NCBI GenBank assembly: GCA_031393955.1
Contig: JANMWI010000046.1
Coordinates: forward strand, 185-64,184
Source of the DNA: Acidobacteriota bacterium
GTDB taxonomy: Bacteria; Acidobacteriota; Vicinamibacteria; Vicinamibacterales; 2-12-FULL-66-21
Direction of reading: 5' to 3'
Length of the DNA stretch: 64,000 nucleotides
The notes beneath the pieces are model-generated. The model was not told the DNA's origin. It did no database searches and worked only from the letters and a program-made list of their open reading frames with translations. This document shows, piece by piece, positions 28,365-37,158 of this stretch (position 1 is its first letter; each line of letters opens with the position of its first letter). The translations under genes and the position numbers were made by a program.

Positions 28365-29765
28365 ATGAAATCAGCGGTGAAAGCGATGGTCGCGGCACCG
28401 GTCTCGGGCGTCGACCGGCGTTCGTTCTTCAAGACCCTCGGCGCCGGGGCGGCCGGCACCCTGGCGCTGACCGGCGCGGCCGCGGCCGAGGCCTCCGCCA
28501 ACTTCGTCCAGTCCAACGTCAAGCGCGCCTCGGAGCCGTCGGCGCTCAAGATCACCGACATGCGGGTCGCCGTGATCGTCAACGCGCCAATGACGGTGCC
28601 GTTGATCCGCATCGACACCAACCAGGGGCTGGTCGGCTGGGGAGAGGTGCGCGACGGCGGCAACGAGACCTATGCGCTGATGCTGAAGAGCCGGATTCTC
28701 GGCGAGAACCCTTGCAACGTCGACCGCGTGTTCCGGAAGATCAAGCAGTTCGGCGCCCCGGCCCGGCAGGCCGGCGGCGTCTGCGGCATCGAGATGGCGC
28801 TGATGGACCTTGCCGGCAAGGCCTGGGGCGTGCCGTGCTGGCAGATGCTCGGCGGCAAGTTCCGCGACCGCGTCCGTCTCTACGCCGACACCGTCGAGCG
28901 CGACACCGCCGAAGAGCAGGGCAAGCTGCTCAAGGAGCGCCTCGACCTCGGCATCACGTTCCTCAAGCAGGATTTCGGCATCGGCCTGCTGAAGGACGTC
29001 CCGGGCGCGCTGTCGATGCCGGCCGGCACTTCGATCGGCGGCGGCGACCGCGTCATGCATCCGTTCACCGGCATCGAGCTCACCGACAAGGGCGTCGCCT
29101 GGCTGTCGGACTGGGTCGGCGGCATCCGCGGCGTCATCGGCATGGACACGCCGCTCGCCTCGGATCACTTCGGCCACATCAGCGTCAACAGCTGCATCAA
29201 GCTCGCCCGCGGGATGGAGAAATGGAACCTGGCGTGGATGGAGGACATGGTGCCGTGGCAGCTGCCCGAGCTGCTCAAGCAGATCAAGGACTCGACGACG
29301 ACGCCGATCCTGACCGGCGAGGACCTCTACCTCAAGGAGCCGTTCATGAAGCTCATCGAGATGGGGGCGGTCGACATGATCCACCCCGACCTGGCGAGCT
29401 CGGGCGGCCTGATCGAGACGAAGAAAATCGGCGACTACGCGATGGAGCACGGCGTGCCGATGGCGATGCATTTCGCCGGCTCGCCGGTGTCGTTCATGGC
29501 CAACGTCCACACCGCCGCGGCAACCGAAAATTTCGTCGCCCTGGAGCACCATTCGATCGACGTGCCGTGGTGGGAAAGCCTGGTGCGGACGACCGGCGGC
29601 AACAAGCTGGTCGACCGCGGCTTCGCGCCGGTGCCCGACGCCCCGGGTCTCGGCGTCGAGATCAACGAAGAGGTCGTCAAGCAGCATCTCCGGCCGAAGT
29701 CGGGGCTGTTCGAGCCGACCACGCAGTGGGACGAGATCCGCAGCAACGACCGGCAGTGGAGCTGA
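28365..29765 (+). CDS. Mandelate racemase/muconate lactonizing enzyme family (enolase superfamily) protein with Tat signal
   Basis: The ATG at 28365 follows GGGAG. The Tat motif is 'DRRSFFKTLGAGAAGTLAL'. 'GLVGWGEVRDGG' and 'GIEMALMDLAGKAWGVPCWQMLGG' are present. Confidence 0.85.
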   Translation: MKSAVKAMVAAPVSGVDRRSFFKTLGAGAAGTLALTGAAAAEASANFVQSNVKRASEPSALKITDMRVAVIVNAPMTVPLIRIDTNQGLVGWGEVRDGGNETYALMLKSRILGENPCNVDRVFRKIKQFGAPARQAGGVCGIEMALMDLAGKAWGVPCWQMLGGKFRDRVRLYADTVERDTAEEQGKLLKERLDLGITFLKQDFGIGLLKDVPGALSMPAGTSIGGGDRVMHPFTGIELTDKGVAWLSDWVGGIRGVIGMDTPLASDHFGHISVNSCIKLARGMEKWNLAWMEDMVPWQLPELLKQIKDSTTTPILTGEDLYLKEPFMKLIEMGAVDMIHPDLASSGGLIETKKIGDYAMEHGVPMAMHFAGSPVSFMANVHTAAATENFVALEHHSIDVPWWESLVRTTGGNKLVDRGFAPVPDAPGLGVEINEEVVKQHLRPKSGLFEPTTQWDEIRSNDRQWS

Positions 29766-29786
29766 CCGGCCGCCGGCGGCGCGCCG

Positions 29787-30512
29787 TCAGATGCGGCCGA
29801 ACTGTTTCACGGCCTCGCCGATCGAGCGGAACTTCTCGATGAACGGCAGCATGCGGTGCTCGGTGTCGTCGAGCTCCTGGGACTTCCTGAGCACCTCCGC
29901 GGCGCGCTCGCGCGGCACGACCGCGACGCCGTCCTCGTCGGCCGTCACGATGTCCCCGGGGCTGACCCGGACGCCGGCGCACGTCACCGGCACGTTGACG
30001 CCGGTGACGCGGAAGTGATTGATGGTCGTCGACGGCGCGACGCCGCGGCTGAAGACCGGAAACTGGAGCTTGCGGATCTGCGGCGTGTCCCGCACCGACG
30101 CGTCGATGACGGCGCCGGCCAGACCGCGGTACTTCATCGCGGTCGCCATCAGCCCGCCGATCCCGGCGTAGTCGGCGGCTCTGTCGCCCTCGAGCACCAT
30201 CACGTAGACCGAGCCGGCGGGGGCCGCGTCGATGGCGTCGAGCATGCCTTTCGACGCCGCCGCCCCCTCCTTGTGCTCTTCCTGCTTCAGCAGTACGGTG
30301 ACGGCGGGGCCGGCGAACTTGGCCGGGGACAGCGGCCGCATCTCGTGCGACATGTAAGCGCGCTGGCCGTAGAGCTGTTCCATCGCGTCCGCCACCGACG
30401 CGACCTCGACCGTCCGGAAGCCATCGACCGTCCCGTCGACCGCCGGCTGCGCCATCAGCCACACCGAACCTGCCACGGCCGCCGCGGCCGTCAGGAAAAT
30501 TGCCCGTGTCAT
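29787..30512 (-). CDS. RraA-like family protein (class II aldolase/decarboxylase fold) with Sec-type signal peptide
   Basis: The signal peptide is 'MTRAIFLTAAAAVAGSVWLMAQ'. 'GAVIDASVRDTPQIRKLQFPVFSRG' and 'VSPGDIVTADEDGVAVVP' match the RraA/HMG-CHA aldolase family. GAAGGAG lies upstream. Confidence 0.8.
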   Translation of the reverse strand: MTRAIFLTAAAAVAGSVWLMAQPAVDGTVDGFRTVEVASVADAMEQLYGQRAYMSHEMRPLSPAKFAGPAVTVLLKQEEHKEGAAASKGMLDAIDAAPAGSVYVMVLEGDRAADYAGIGGLMATAMKYRGLAGAVIDASVRDTPQIRKLQFPVFSRGVAPSTTINHFRVTGVNVPVTCAGVRVSPGDIVTADEDGVAVVPRERAAEVLRKSQELDDTEHRMLPFIEKFRSIGEAVKQFGRI

Positions 30513-30531
30513 TGCTGCTCCTTCGACCGGA

Positions 30532-31443
30532 TCACTTGGGGTTGGACTGCCGAATCTCTTCGAGGCGCTTCTTCAGGTAGTCCTCGTATTCCTTCTTCAG
30601 CGCCGGATCCTTCGGCGAGCCGTAGATGTCGCTCGACTTGTACTTGCCCTCGTCGAACTTCTTGCGCGTCCATTCGTCGTGGACGTGGGTTTCGTCGGCC
30701 TTGTCGACGACCTGCTGGACGAGCGCCGGCGGAATGAAATAGACCCCTTCGGAATCGCCGAAGACCAGATCGCCGGGCATCACGGTCGCCTTGCCGATGC
30801 GAACCGGGATGTTGATGCCGCTCAGAACGACGTTGTTGATCGCGCTGGGGTGGGCGTCCCTGAAATACGCCGGCATTTCCATCCGCGAGATCCCCTCCAG
30901 ATCGCGGATCGCGCCGTCGACGACGAGGCCGCCGTTCTTGGTCGTTTTCATGACGTAATAGAACAGGTTGTCGCCGACGATCGTCCCGCCCTCGACCTGC
31001 CCGAACAGATCCACGACCAGCACGTCACCCGGCTGAAGCATGTCGATCGCGACCTGGTTGTTCAGCCGCGCGATGCCGGCCGCTTTGGCCTTGTTGGCGA
31101 TCAGGCTCTCGAGGTCCGGGCGCTGCGGCATGAACTGCACCGTGAAGGCGCGGCCGGCCAGTTTCCGCTCCGGGTGCAGCACTTTGAAACCGTCGGCGTA
31201 CTGATTGCGGAAGCCCGCTCCCGGCAGCACCGCCCAGACCTCTTCGGCCGACAGGCCGCGGGCGCGCTCGATCAGCGCATCGGGCACCTTTGGGCGGCCA
31301 TCGGCAAAGCGGTCGAACGGGTTCTGCGCGGTCAGCTCGGTCAGCTGCTCCCGCGAGAACGTGAAGAGCTGGGCGTCGGCAAGGACCGGCACCAGCACCG
31401 CCGCGGCGCAAAGTGCGGCCGCCACCGTCATTCGATGCGTCAT
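30532..31443 (-). CDS. RraA-like family protein, second paralogue, with signal peptide
   Basis: The signal peptide is 'MTHRMTVAAALCAAAVLVPVLADAQ'. 'QPGDVLVVDLFG', 'GLVVDGAIRD' and 'VMPGDLVFGDSEGVYFIP' are present. Confidence 0.75.
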   Translation of the reverse strand: MTHRMTVAAALCAAAVLVPVLADAQLFTFSREQLTELTAQNPFDRFADGRPKVPDALIERARGLSAEEVWAVLPGAGFRNQYADGFKVLHPERKLAGRAFTVQFMPQRPDLESLIANKAKAAGIARLNNQVAIDMLQPGDVLVVDLFGQVEGGTIVGDNLFYYVMKTTKNGGLVVDGAIRDLEGISRMEMPAYFRDAHPSAINNVVLSGINIPVRIGKATVMPGDLVFGDSEGVYFIPPALVQQVVDKADETHVHDEWTRKKFDEGKYKSSDIYGSPKDPALKKEYEDYLKKRLEEIRQSNPK

Positions 31444-31494
31444 CTCGGGCTACATCCTTTCGTCAGGAAAAACACCGCCTCCACGGGCGGGCGG

Positions 31495-32607
31495 TCAGGC
31501 GGTCAGCGCCGCCTGGAGCATGGCACGGGCGTAGCCGACGTTGTAAATCTCCCCGGCAAAGCCGCCGCCGCCGGGATACTGATTGCGGATCGGGCCGGCG
31601 TCGCGATCGGGGTCGATGGCGCGCGGATGCTCCGGATACAAGCCGCGCGGGTAGCGCTGGCGGACCAGCTCGCGCATCACGCCGAACATGTCGACCTCGC
31701 CCTCGTCGAGAAACACTTCGGTGTAGTCGACGTAGGGCTGCCGCACGATGACGTTCCGGTAGTGGACGTGGCTGATGCAGTCGCGCCCGCCCAGGTAGCG
31801 GCAGACCGCGATCGGATCCTCCCCCATCTCGCGCGACACGCCGCAGTCGAACGTCATGCCGTTGTGCGGGCTGCGGACGAGGTCGAGGTACTCCTTCCAG
31901 TGCGCGAAGGTCGCCATCAGCTGTTCGGAGCCGCGGCTGAGCGGCACCGGCGGATCGTTCGGATGGAGCGCCAGGCGGACGTTGGCCTTCTCGGCCTCGG
32001 GCACGACGGCCGTCAGGAACGCCCGGGCGCGCTTCAACTGCTCGGCGCGGGTGTGCGTGCCGAGGCCGTCGCGCGGCGGCAGGCGCCGCGACAGTTCGTA
32101 GTCGTAGGCCGTCAGCCCCGCGCCGGCGCGTCCGGCCTCCTCCTTGTAGCCTTCAATCAGCCGGTAGGCGTAGAAGTTGTACTCGATTACCGGCAGCCCG
32201 GCCCGGCCGGCGGCCCGCACCGATCTGATGAACCGATCGGTCTGTTCGTCCGCCTTCGGTCCCCCCCGAATCACATCGTCGATCCCGGAGATCATCAGGT
32301 TGATGAGGTCGAGCCCGGCGGCTTTGTACTGGGCGATGCGGCCGCGCAGGTCGGCCTCGTCCCACGGCATCGGCGGCCCGCCGCCGAGAACGCTGTGGAC
32401 GCCGATCTGGGCGACCCGCCGCATCGCGGCGGCGTCGGTCGAGGCGACGCCGCCGAGGCAGATCTTCGGTGTGTCCTTGCCCTCGCCCGGCATCGCCTTG
32501 AATGCCGGGGCGGCGGCGAGCGCCGGCCTGACTCCCGCCGCGCTGGCGGCGGCCGCGGCCGCCGCCGCCTGCAGCATCCGCCTACGGGAGAAGGAATGAC
32601 CGCTCAT
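31495..32607 (-). CDS. UxuA-family mannonate dehydratase-like TIM-barrel protein with Tat signal
   Basis: The Tat motif is 'SRRRMLQAAAAAAAA'. 'VIEYNFYAY', 'VRLALHPNDPPVP' and 'ISHVHYRNV' align by eye with E. coli UxuA segments ('VCYNFMPV', 'VRMAVHPDDPPRP', 'IYFTHLRS'). Confidence 0.8.
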   Translation of the reverse strand: MSGHSFSRRRMLQAAAAAAAASAAGVRPALAAAPAFKAMPGEGKDTPKICLGGVASTDAAAMRRVAQIGVHSVLGGGPPMPWDEADLRGRIAQYKAAGLDLINLMISGIDDVIRGGPKADEQTDRFIRSVRAAGRAGLPVIEYNFYAYRLIEGYKEEAGRAGAGLTAYDYELSRRLPPRDGLGTHTRAEQLKRARAFLTAVVPEAEKANVRLALHPNDPPVPLSRGSEQLMATFAHWKEYLDLVRSPHNGMTFDCGVSREMGEDPIAVCRYLGGRDCISHVHYRNVIVRQPYVDYTEVFLDEGEVDMFGVMRELVRQRYPRGLYPEHPRAIDPDRDAGPIRNQYPGGGGFAGEIYNVGYARAMLQAALTA

Positions 32608-34336
32608 GGGGCGAGAGGATAGCGGCCCGGCTGCCGGGAGGCAAGTGAAATGGGTAAGGGGTGACGCCCTTGCCCTCGATGCATTCGTAGGCTTTGCCGG
32701 TGGCGAGCTGCGTGAACTCCTCGCTTCGTCCCGACGGCCACTCGATGACGACGCGGTCGACGCGGTCGCGGGCGCCGACGCCGAAGGTCAGCGGCAGCTC
32801 CGACTGCGAGAGGTAGCTCGAGCCGCTCTTCACCACCTGCGCCGCGGTCGCGCCGCCGTGCGTGACGCGGACGGTGGCGCCGATGGCGTCGCGATTGGAC
32901 TTTACGCCGACCAGCCGGAAGCGCAGGCTGCGCCGGCCGGCGGCGTGGTCGTTGCGAAAGAGCACCGAACGGCCGCCGTTGGTCGTCATCAGCAGGTCGA
33001 CGTCGCCGTCGCCGTCGATGTCGCCGGCGGCCAGGCCGCGCCCGACCCGCGGCTGCACGAACCCGCCGCCGACCTCGCCGGCGGCGTCGCGGAAGCGGCC
33101 CGAGCCCTGATTCAGGAACAGGTGCGGCGCCTGGGCGTAGTTGGCGTTACCACGGATATTGCGCACGGTGTCGTCGATGTGGCCGTTGGCGACCGCCAGG
33201 TCGAGCTGGCCGTCGAGATCGAAATCGGCAAACAGGCATCCGAACCCGAGCCGCGTCCGCGAGGCGCCGCCGACGCCGGACGAGATCGTCACGTCGCGGT
33301 AGACACCTTTGTCGCCAGCCTGGTAGAGAGCGACCATCTCCCCTTCGAAGTTCGTCACCGCCAGGCCGGACCGTCCGACGCCGACGAAGTCGGCGGCGTC
33401 GACGCCCATGCCGGCGCGGGCCTTGCCGTCTTCGCTGAGCGCCACGCCCGCTTCGAGCGCGACGTCGCGAAACGTGCCGTTGCGCTGGTTGCGATACAGC
33501 TTGTTCGGCTGGGTGTCGTTGGCGACGAGCAGGTCCGGCCAGCCGTCCTGGTCGTGGTCGATGAGCGCGACGCCGAGCGCCTTCGAGCTCGAGTCGAAGA
33601 TTCCGCAGCTGGCGGTGATGTCCTCGAAGGTGCCGTCGCCGCGGTTCCTGAACAGCCAGCAGGTCTCGCCGCGGTAGGCCTCGGGCGTGCAGTACGACTT
33701 GCGCGTGCCGTCGATGCTGCAGAACACGTCGTGCTCGACCGACCAGCGCACGTAGTTGCAGACGAACAGGTCGAGCAGGCCGTCGCGATCGATGTCGACC
33801 CACATCGCCGAGGTGCTGAACGCCTCGCGCCCGGCGAGGCCGCTGGCGCGGGTGACGTCGATGAACCGGCCCTTGCCGGTATTGCGGAACAGCCGGTTCT
33901 GGCCGACGCAGGTCACGAACAGGTCCTGGAGGCCGTCGTTGTTGAAGTCGCCGACCGCCACGCCCATGCCGTAGACCTCGATGTCGAGTCCGGCCTCGCG
34001 GGTGACGTCGGTGAAGGTGCCGTTCCGGTTATTGCGGTAGAGCGCGAGCGTCGAGCGCTGGCGCTTGTGGCCGGGCCAGTCCATCCCGTTGATGAGGATG
34101 ATGTCCTGCCAGCCGTCGGCGTCGTAGTCGATGAAGGCGCAGCCCGAGCCGAGCGTCTCGGGCAGCAGCTTGCCCCCCCAGGCGCCGCTGTTGTGACGGA
34201 ACGTCAGGCCGGCCGCGGCGGTGACGTCGACCAGCCGGAATCCCGGCGCGGCCTGCGCCGCGGCCGCCGCTCCCGCCGGCAGCGCCGCGAGCGCCGCCCA
34301 GCTGCCGCACCGTTCGAGGAAGTCGCGCCGGTTCAC
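32582..34336 (-). CDS. CRTAC1-family protein (FG-GAP/VCBS repeats + ASPIC/UnbV C-terminal domain) with Tat-like signal
   Basis: The N-terminus is '[29 protein letters not shown]'. FG-GAP-like units repeat ('DYDADGWQDI', 'DFNNDGLQDL', 'DIDRDGLLDL', 'DHDQDGWPDL', 'DFDLDGQLDL', 'DIDGDGDVDL'). The C-terminal 'GSSYLSQSELPLTFG' is the UnbV/ASPIC signature. The start is GTG. Confidence 0.85.
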   Translation of the reverse strand: MNRRDFLERCGSWAALAALPAGAAAAAQAAPGFRLVDVTAAAGLTFRHNSGAWGGKLLPETLGSGCAFIDYDADGWQDIILINGMDWPGHKRQRSTLALYRNNRNGTFTDVTREAGLDIEVYGMGVAVGDFNNDGLQDLFVTCVGQNRLFRNTGKGRFIDVTRASGLAGREAFSTSAMWVDIDRDGLLDLFVCNYVRWSVEHDVFCSIDGTRKSYCTPEAYRGETCWLFRNRGDGTFEDITASCGIFDSSSKALGVALIDHDQDGWPDLLVANDTQPNKLYRNQRNGTFRDVALEAGVALSEDGKARAGMGVDAADFVGVGRSGLAVTNFEGEMVALYQAGDKGVYRDVTISSGVGGASRTRLGFGCLFADFDLDGQLDLAVANGHIDDTVRNIRGNANYAQAPHLFLNQGSGRFRDAAGEVGGGFVQPRVGRGLAAGDIDGDGDVDLLMTTNGGRSVLFRNDHAAGRRSLRFRLVGVKSNRDAIGATVRVTHGGATAAQVVKSGSSYLSQSELPLTFGVGARDRVDRVVIEWPSGRSEEFTQLATGKAYECIEGKGVTPYPFHLPPGSRAAILSPHERSFLLP

Positions 34337-34959
34337 AGTGGATTCACGAGGCCGTGCTGGATCGCGTAGACGACCAGCTCGGCGGTCTTGTGGACGTCGA
34401 GCGCATTCATGATGTTGGTGCGGTGGACGGCGACGGTGTTGATGCTCAACGACAGCCGCTCGGCGATCTCCCGGTTCGACAGGCCGTCGCAGATGAGCTG
34501 CAGCACCTCGAGCTCCCGGGGGGTCAGCCGCGTTCGCTCGCCGCCGGATCCTCCGGGCTTCGCGAGCGCGGGGTCGAGGACGGTCTCGCCGGCATCGACA
34601 CGGCGCACCGCGGCCGCCAGATCGAGGTCGATCGCGCTCTTGAGAACGTAGCCGCGCGCGCCCGCATCCATCGCCTGCCGGACCAGGGTCTCTTCCGCGT
34701 GCATGCTCAGCATCAGGATCCGGATGCCAGGCGCGGCGTCGAGAATCCGCCGGATGGCGGCGAGCCCGCTGGTGCCCGGCATGGCGGCGTCCATGACGAC
34801 GACGCGCGGGCGGAGGGCCAGCGCGAGGCGGACCGCCTCGTCGCCGTTACTGGCTTCGGCGACCACTGCGATCGACGGATCGTCCTCGAGCAGCCGCCGG
34901 AAGCCGCGACGGACGAGCGCGTGGTCGTCGGCAAGCAGCACTGTCAGGGTCTGTGTCAT
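34333..34959 (-). CDS. NarL/FixJ-family response regulator
   Basis: The start is at the ATG for '[19 protein letters not shown]' (34959). REC and a LuxR-type HTH, 'LTPRELEVLQLICDGLSNREIAERLSLSINTVAVHRTNIM', are present. The upstream 361 codons of track ORF 34333..36042 are an off-frame reading of the kinase gene. Confidence 0.9.
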   Translation of the reverse strand: MTQTLTVLLADDHALVRRGFRRLLEDDPSIAVVAEASNGDEAVRLALALRPRVVVMDAAMPGTSGLAAIRRILDAAPGIRILMLSMHAEETLVRQAMDAGARGYVLKSAIDLDLAAAVRRVDAGETVLDPALAKPGGSGGERTRLTPRELEVLQLICDGLSNREIAERLSLSINTVAVHRTNIMNALDVHKTAELVVYAIQHGLVNPL

Positions 34960-36299
34960 ACGGCCTCGATCGACTCCCGGAGCGGCACGTGCAGGCGGAC
35001 GCGCGTGCCGCCGCCGTCGCCGATGGCGAGCAGTTCGAGCGTCCCGCCGAGCAGCGCGGCGCGCTCCCGCATCGCGACCAGCCCGAGGCCGCGGCGCCCG
35101 GAGTCGCCGCCGATGCCCCGACCATGATCCTCGATCTCGAGCAGCAGCGAGCCCGGGGCGTAGTGCAGGCGGACGATCGCCTCCTTGACGCCGGCGTGCC
35201 GGGCGACGTTGCCGATCGCCTCCTGCAGCACCCGGTAGACATGAATGCCGATCGTCTCGTTGACGGCGACCGGGCTGCCGGACCGCTCGCAGGTGACGCG
35301 AACGCCGAGCTGGCGCTCGACGGTCGAGAGATACCAGTCGATCGTGCTGTCCAGCCCGAGCTCCTCGAGAATCGACGGATGAAGCGTCTGCGACAGGCCG
35401 CGGACGTTGTCGAGCGCCGCCTGCGCGACCTCGCCGATCTCCCGCAGGTCGCTGCGCAGCGGCGACCCTTCGGGCGCCTGGCGGCCGGCCCGTCCGAGCA
35501 TCAGCCCCATCGCGGTCAGGACCTGGCCGAACTCGTCGTGAAGCTCGCGCGAAATCTCCCGGAGGGTCGCTTCGCGCGCCGCGATCAGCTTCTGCGCCAG
35601 ACCGCGGCGCTCGTCCGACAGCGCCGCGAGCTCGGCGAACAGGCGGCGGTTCGACCGAATCAGGAACAGCCCGGTGGCGGCAATCGCCGCCAGCGTCGCG
35701 GCCAGGAACCAGTAGACCTGCCGCTGCACGGCGGCATAGATATCCTGGACCTGCTGGGCGGTCTGCTCCTCGCTGGCGTTGTTCTGAACGAGCAGCCGCG
35801 CCACCGCTGAACTGAGCGCCTCCTGGCGGGCCTGCAGCGACAGGCGGATCTGCGCCCGCGCGTCTTCCTCGCGGCCGGCCCGGGCGGCCGCGAAGATCCG
35901 GTCGGCGGCGTCCCAGAACTGGGCCACCGCACGGGCGAGGTACTCGGCCTGCTCGGGCGTCCGGCGCGCCAGCGCCAGCCCTTCTTCCTCGGTCAGGGCG
36001 GCGTCGAGGTCCTGCCGGATGCGCTCGAATGGCGCCGACCACGCGACCAGCGGATAGCGCTCGCTGGTGTCGAGCATGTCGCGCATCGCCAGCGCCAGCT
36101 GGTTCAGATCGTTCTGGATGCGCAGCAGCTGCAGCGAGTCGCGGCGGTTGCGATCGGTCAGCTCGGACTGCAGCCGGCGCAGCCCGGCAATCTGGCCCGA
36201 GACGTACCAGGCGTAGACCAGCACCGTCGAGAGCGTGATGAGCAGGCCGATGAGCAGCGCCGCGGTCGGCGGCCGGCCAGGACGACCCGCGCCCCTCAC
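34956..36299 (-). CDS. NarX/LiaS-type sensor histidine kinase (two TM helices, periplasmic helical domain, HisKA_3, HATPase_c)
   Basis: The GTG start at 36299 overlaps the cysH stop (GTGA). TM1 is '[21 protein letters not shown]' and TM2 is '[20 protein letters not shown]'. The H-box is '[10 protein letters not shown]', and 'GNVARHAG' and '[11 protein letters not shown]' are present. Confidence 0.85.
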   Translation of the reverse strand: MRGAGRPGRPPTAALLIGLLITLSTVLVYAWYVSGQIAGLRRLQSELTDRNRRDSLQLLRIQNDLNQLALAMRDMLDTSERYPLVAWSAPFERIRQDLDAALTEEEGLALARRTPEQAEYLARAVAQFWDAADRIFAAARAGREEDARAQIRLSLQARQEALSSAVARLLVQNNASEEQTAQQVQDIYAAVQRQVYWFLAATLAAIAATGLFLIRSNRRLFAELAALSDERRGLAQKLIAAREATLREISRELHDEFGQVLTAMGLMLGRAGRQAPEGSPLRSDLREIGEVAQAALDNVRGLSQTLHPSILEELGLDSTIDWYLSTVERQLGVRVTCERSGSPVAVNETIGIHVYRVLQEAIGNVARHAGVKEAIVRLHYAPGSLLLEIEDHGRGIGGDSGRRGLGLVAMRERAALLGGTLELLAIGDGGGTRVRLHVPLRESIEAV

Positions 36300-37024
36300 C
36301 TCAGGTTGCCACTGTGCAGCCCGCACTCCTTCTTGGTTTCCTCCTCCCACCACCAGCGCCCCTCGCGTTCGTGCTGCGACGGATTGACCGGGCGGGTACA
36401 GGGCTCGCAGCCGATCGAAATGAAGCCGCGGTCGTGCAGCGGGTTGTAGGGAACGCCGTGCTCGCGGATGTACGCCCAGACCTGAGCCGAGCTCCAGCGG
36501 CTGAGCGGGTTGAACTTGACCAGCGGCCGATCCGGCGCGCCGAAGGTGTCGTCGATCTGCACCACCGGCACCTCGGCGCGGGTGTTGGGGCTCTGATCGC
36601 GCCGCTGTCCGGTCACCCACGCCCGCGCCGACCGCAAGGCCCGGGCAAGCGGCTCGACCTTGCGGATACCGCAGCACTCCTTGTGCCCATCGCGGTAGAA
36701 GGAGAACAGTCCTTTTTCGGCAACCAGCGCCTGCAGCGCCGCAGGCTGCGGCACGAACACGTCGATCGGAATGCCGTAGTGGGTGCGGGCCTGCTCGAGG
36801 AAGCGGTAGGTGTCCGGGTGCAGCCGGCCGGTATCGAGCGAAATCACCCGGAACGATCCGCCGGCCTTGACCGCCATGTCGATCAGTACGACATCCTCCG
36901 CGCCGCTGAACGAGATGACCACGTCGGGGGAGAACTCGCGCAGCGCGGCGGCCAGAATCTCGCGCGGTTCCTGGCCGGCCAGCGCGGCGGCGGCCGCCGC
37001 GATCGTCACTGAATCAAGCTCCAT
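36296..37024 (-). CDS. cysH: Adenylylsulfate/phosphoadenylylsulfate reductase (thioredoxin-dependent; Cys pattern of the Fe-S APS-reductase type)
   Basis: '[10 protein letters not shown]', 'SIGCEPCT' and the C-terminal 'KECGLH' are present. The CC...CxxC arrangement is characteristic of [4Fe-4S] APS reductases. Confidence 0.9.
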   Translation of the reverse strand: MELDSVTIAAAAAALAGQEPREILAAALREFSPDVVISFSGAEDVVLIDMAVKAGGSFRVISLDTGRLHPDTYRFLEQARTHYGIPIDVFVPQPAALQALVAEKGLFSFYRDGHKECCGIRKVEPLARALRSARAWVTGQRRDQSPNTRAEVPVVQIDDTFGAPDRPLVKFNPLSRWSSAQVWAYIREHGVPYNPLHDRGFISIGCEPCTRPVNPSQHEREGRWWWEEETKKECGLHSGNLR

Positions 37025-37077
37025 GGTCGGTGATGCCTCAGCTCATCCTAACGCGATTGCCGCCGACGGCGACGTGA

Positions 37078-37107
37078 TTGACAGCGCGGCTGGCCGGCGG
37101 GTACGCT
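37078..37107 (+). promoter_or_regulatory. Candidate sigma70-type promoter for the second TonB-dependent receptor
   Basis: A perfect TTGACA (37078-37083) is followed by 18 nt and TACGCT (TAnnnT). It lies 81 nt upstream of the ATG at 37159. Confidence 0.25.
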
Positions 37108-37158
37108 CGTGTGTTGCGCGCTTCATTTTGCCGCCTTTCTATCATCGGAGGTTCGATC

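Noticed and set aside
29769-29780. 12-bp perfect palindrome GCCGCCGGCGGC between the convergent enolase and RraA-like genes, as a bidirectional terminator
   Set aside because: It has no loop, so at most ~4 bp could pair once a minimal loop is allowed. Such GC palindromes are expected by chance at this composition.
30679-34369. ORFs 30679..32622 (+, 647 aa) and 32606..34369 (+, 587 aa)
   Set aside because: They are antisense to the RraA-like, UxuA-like and CRTAC1 genes, which all have clear family motifs. These two have none.
34333-36042. Track ORF 34333..36042 (-) as a single 569-aa protein
   Set aside because: Only the C-terminal 208 aa (from [13 protein letters not shown]) are the response regulator. 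The upstream 361 aa are a different frame of the kinase gene and are Arg/Pro/Gly-rich.
36296-36677. Kinase ORF extended to 36677 (573 aa)
   Set aside because: The extension overlaps cysH in another frame and is Arg/Gly/Pro-rich. GTG at 36299 gives a normal TM1-first kinase and a GTGA junction with cysH.
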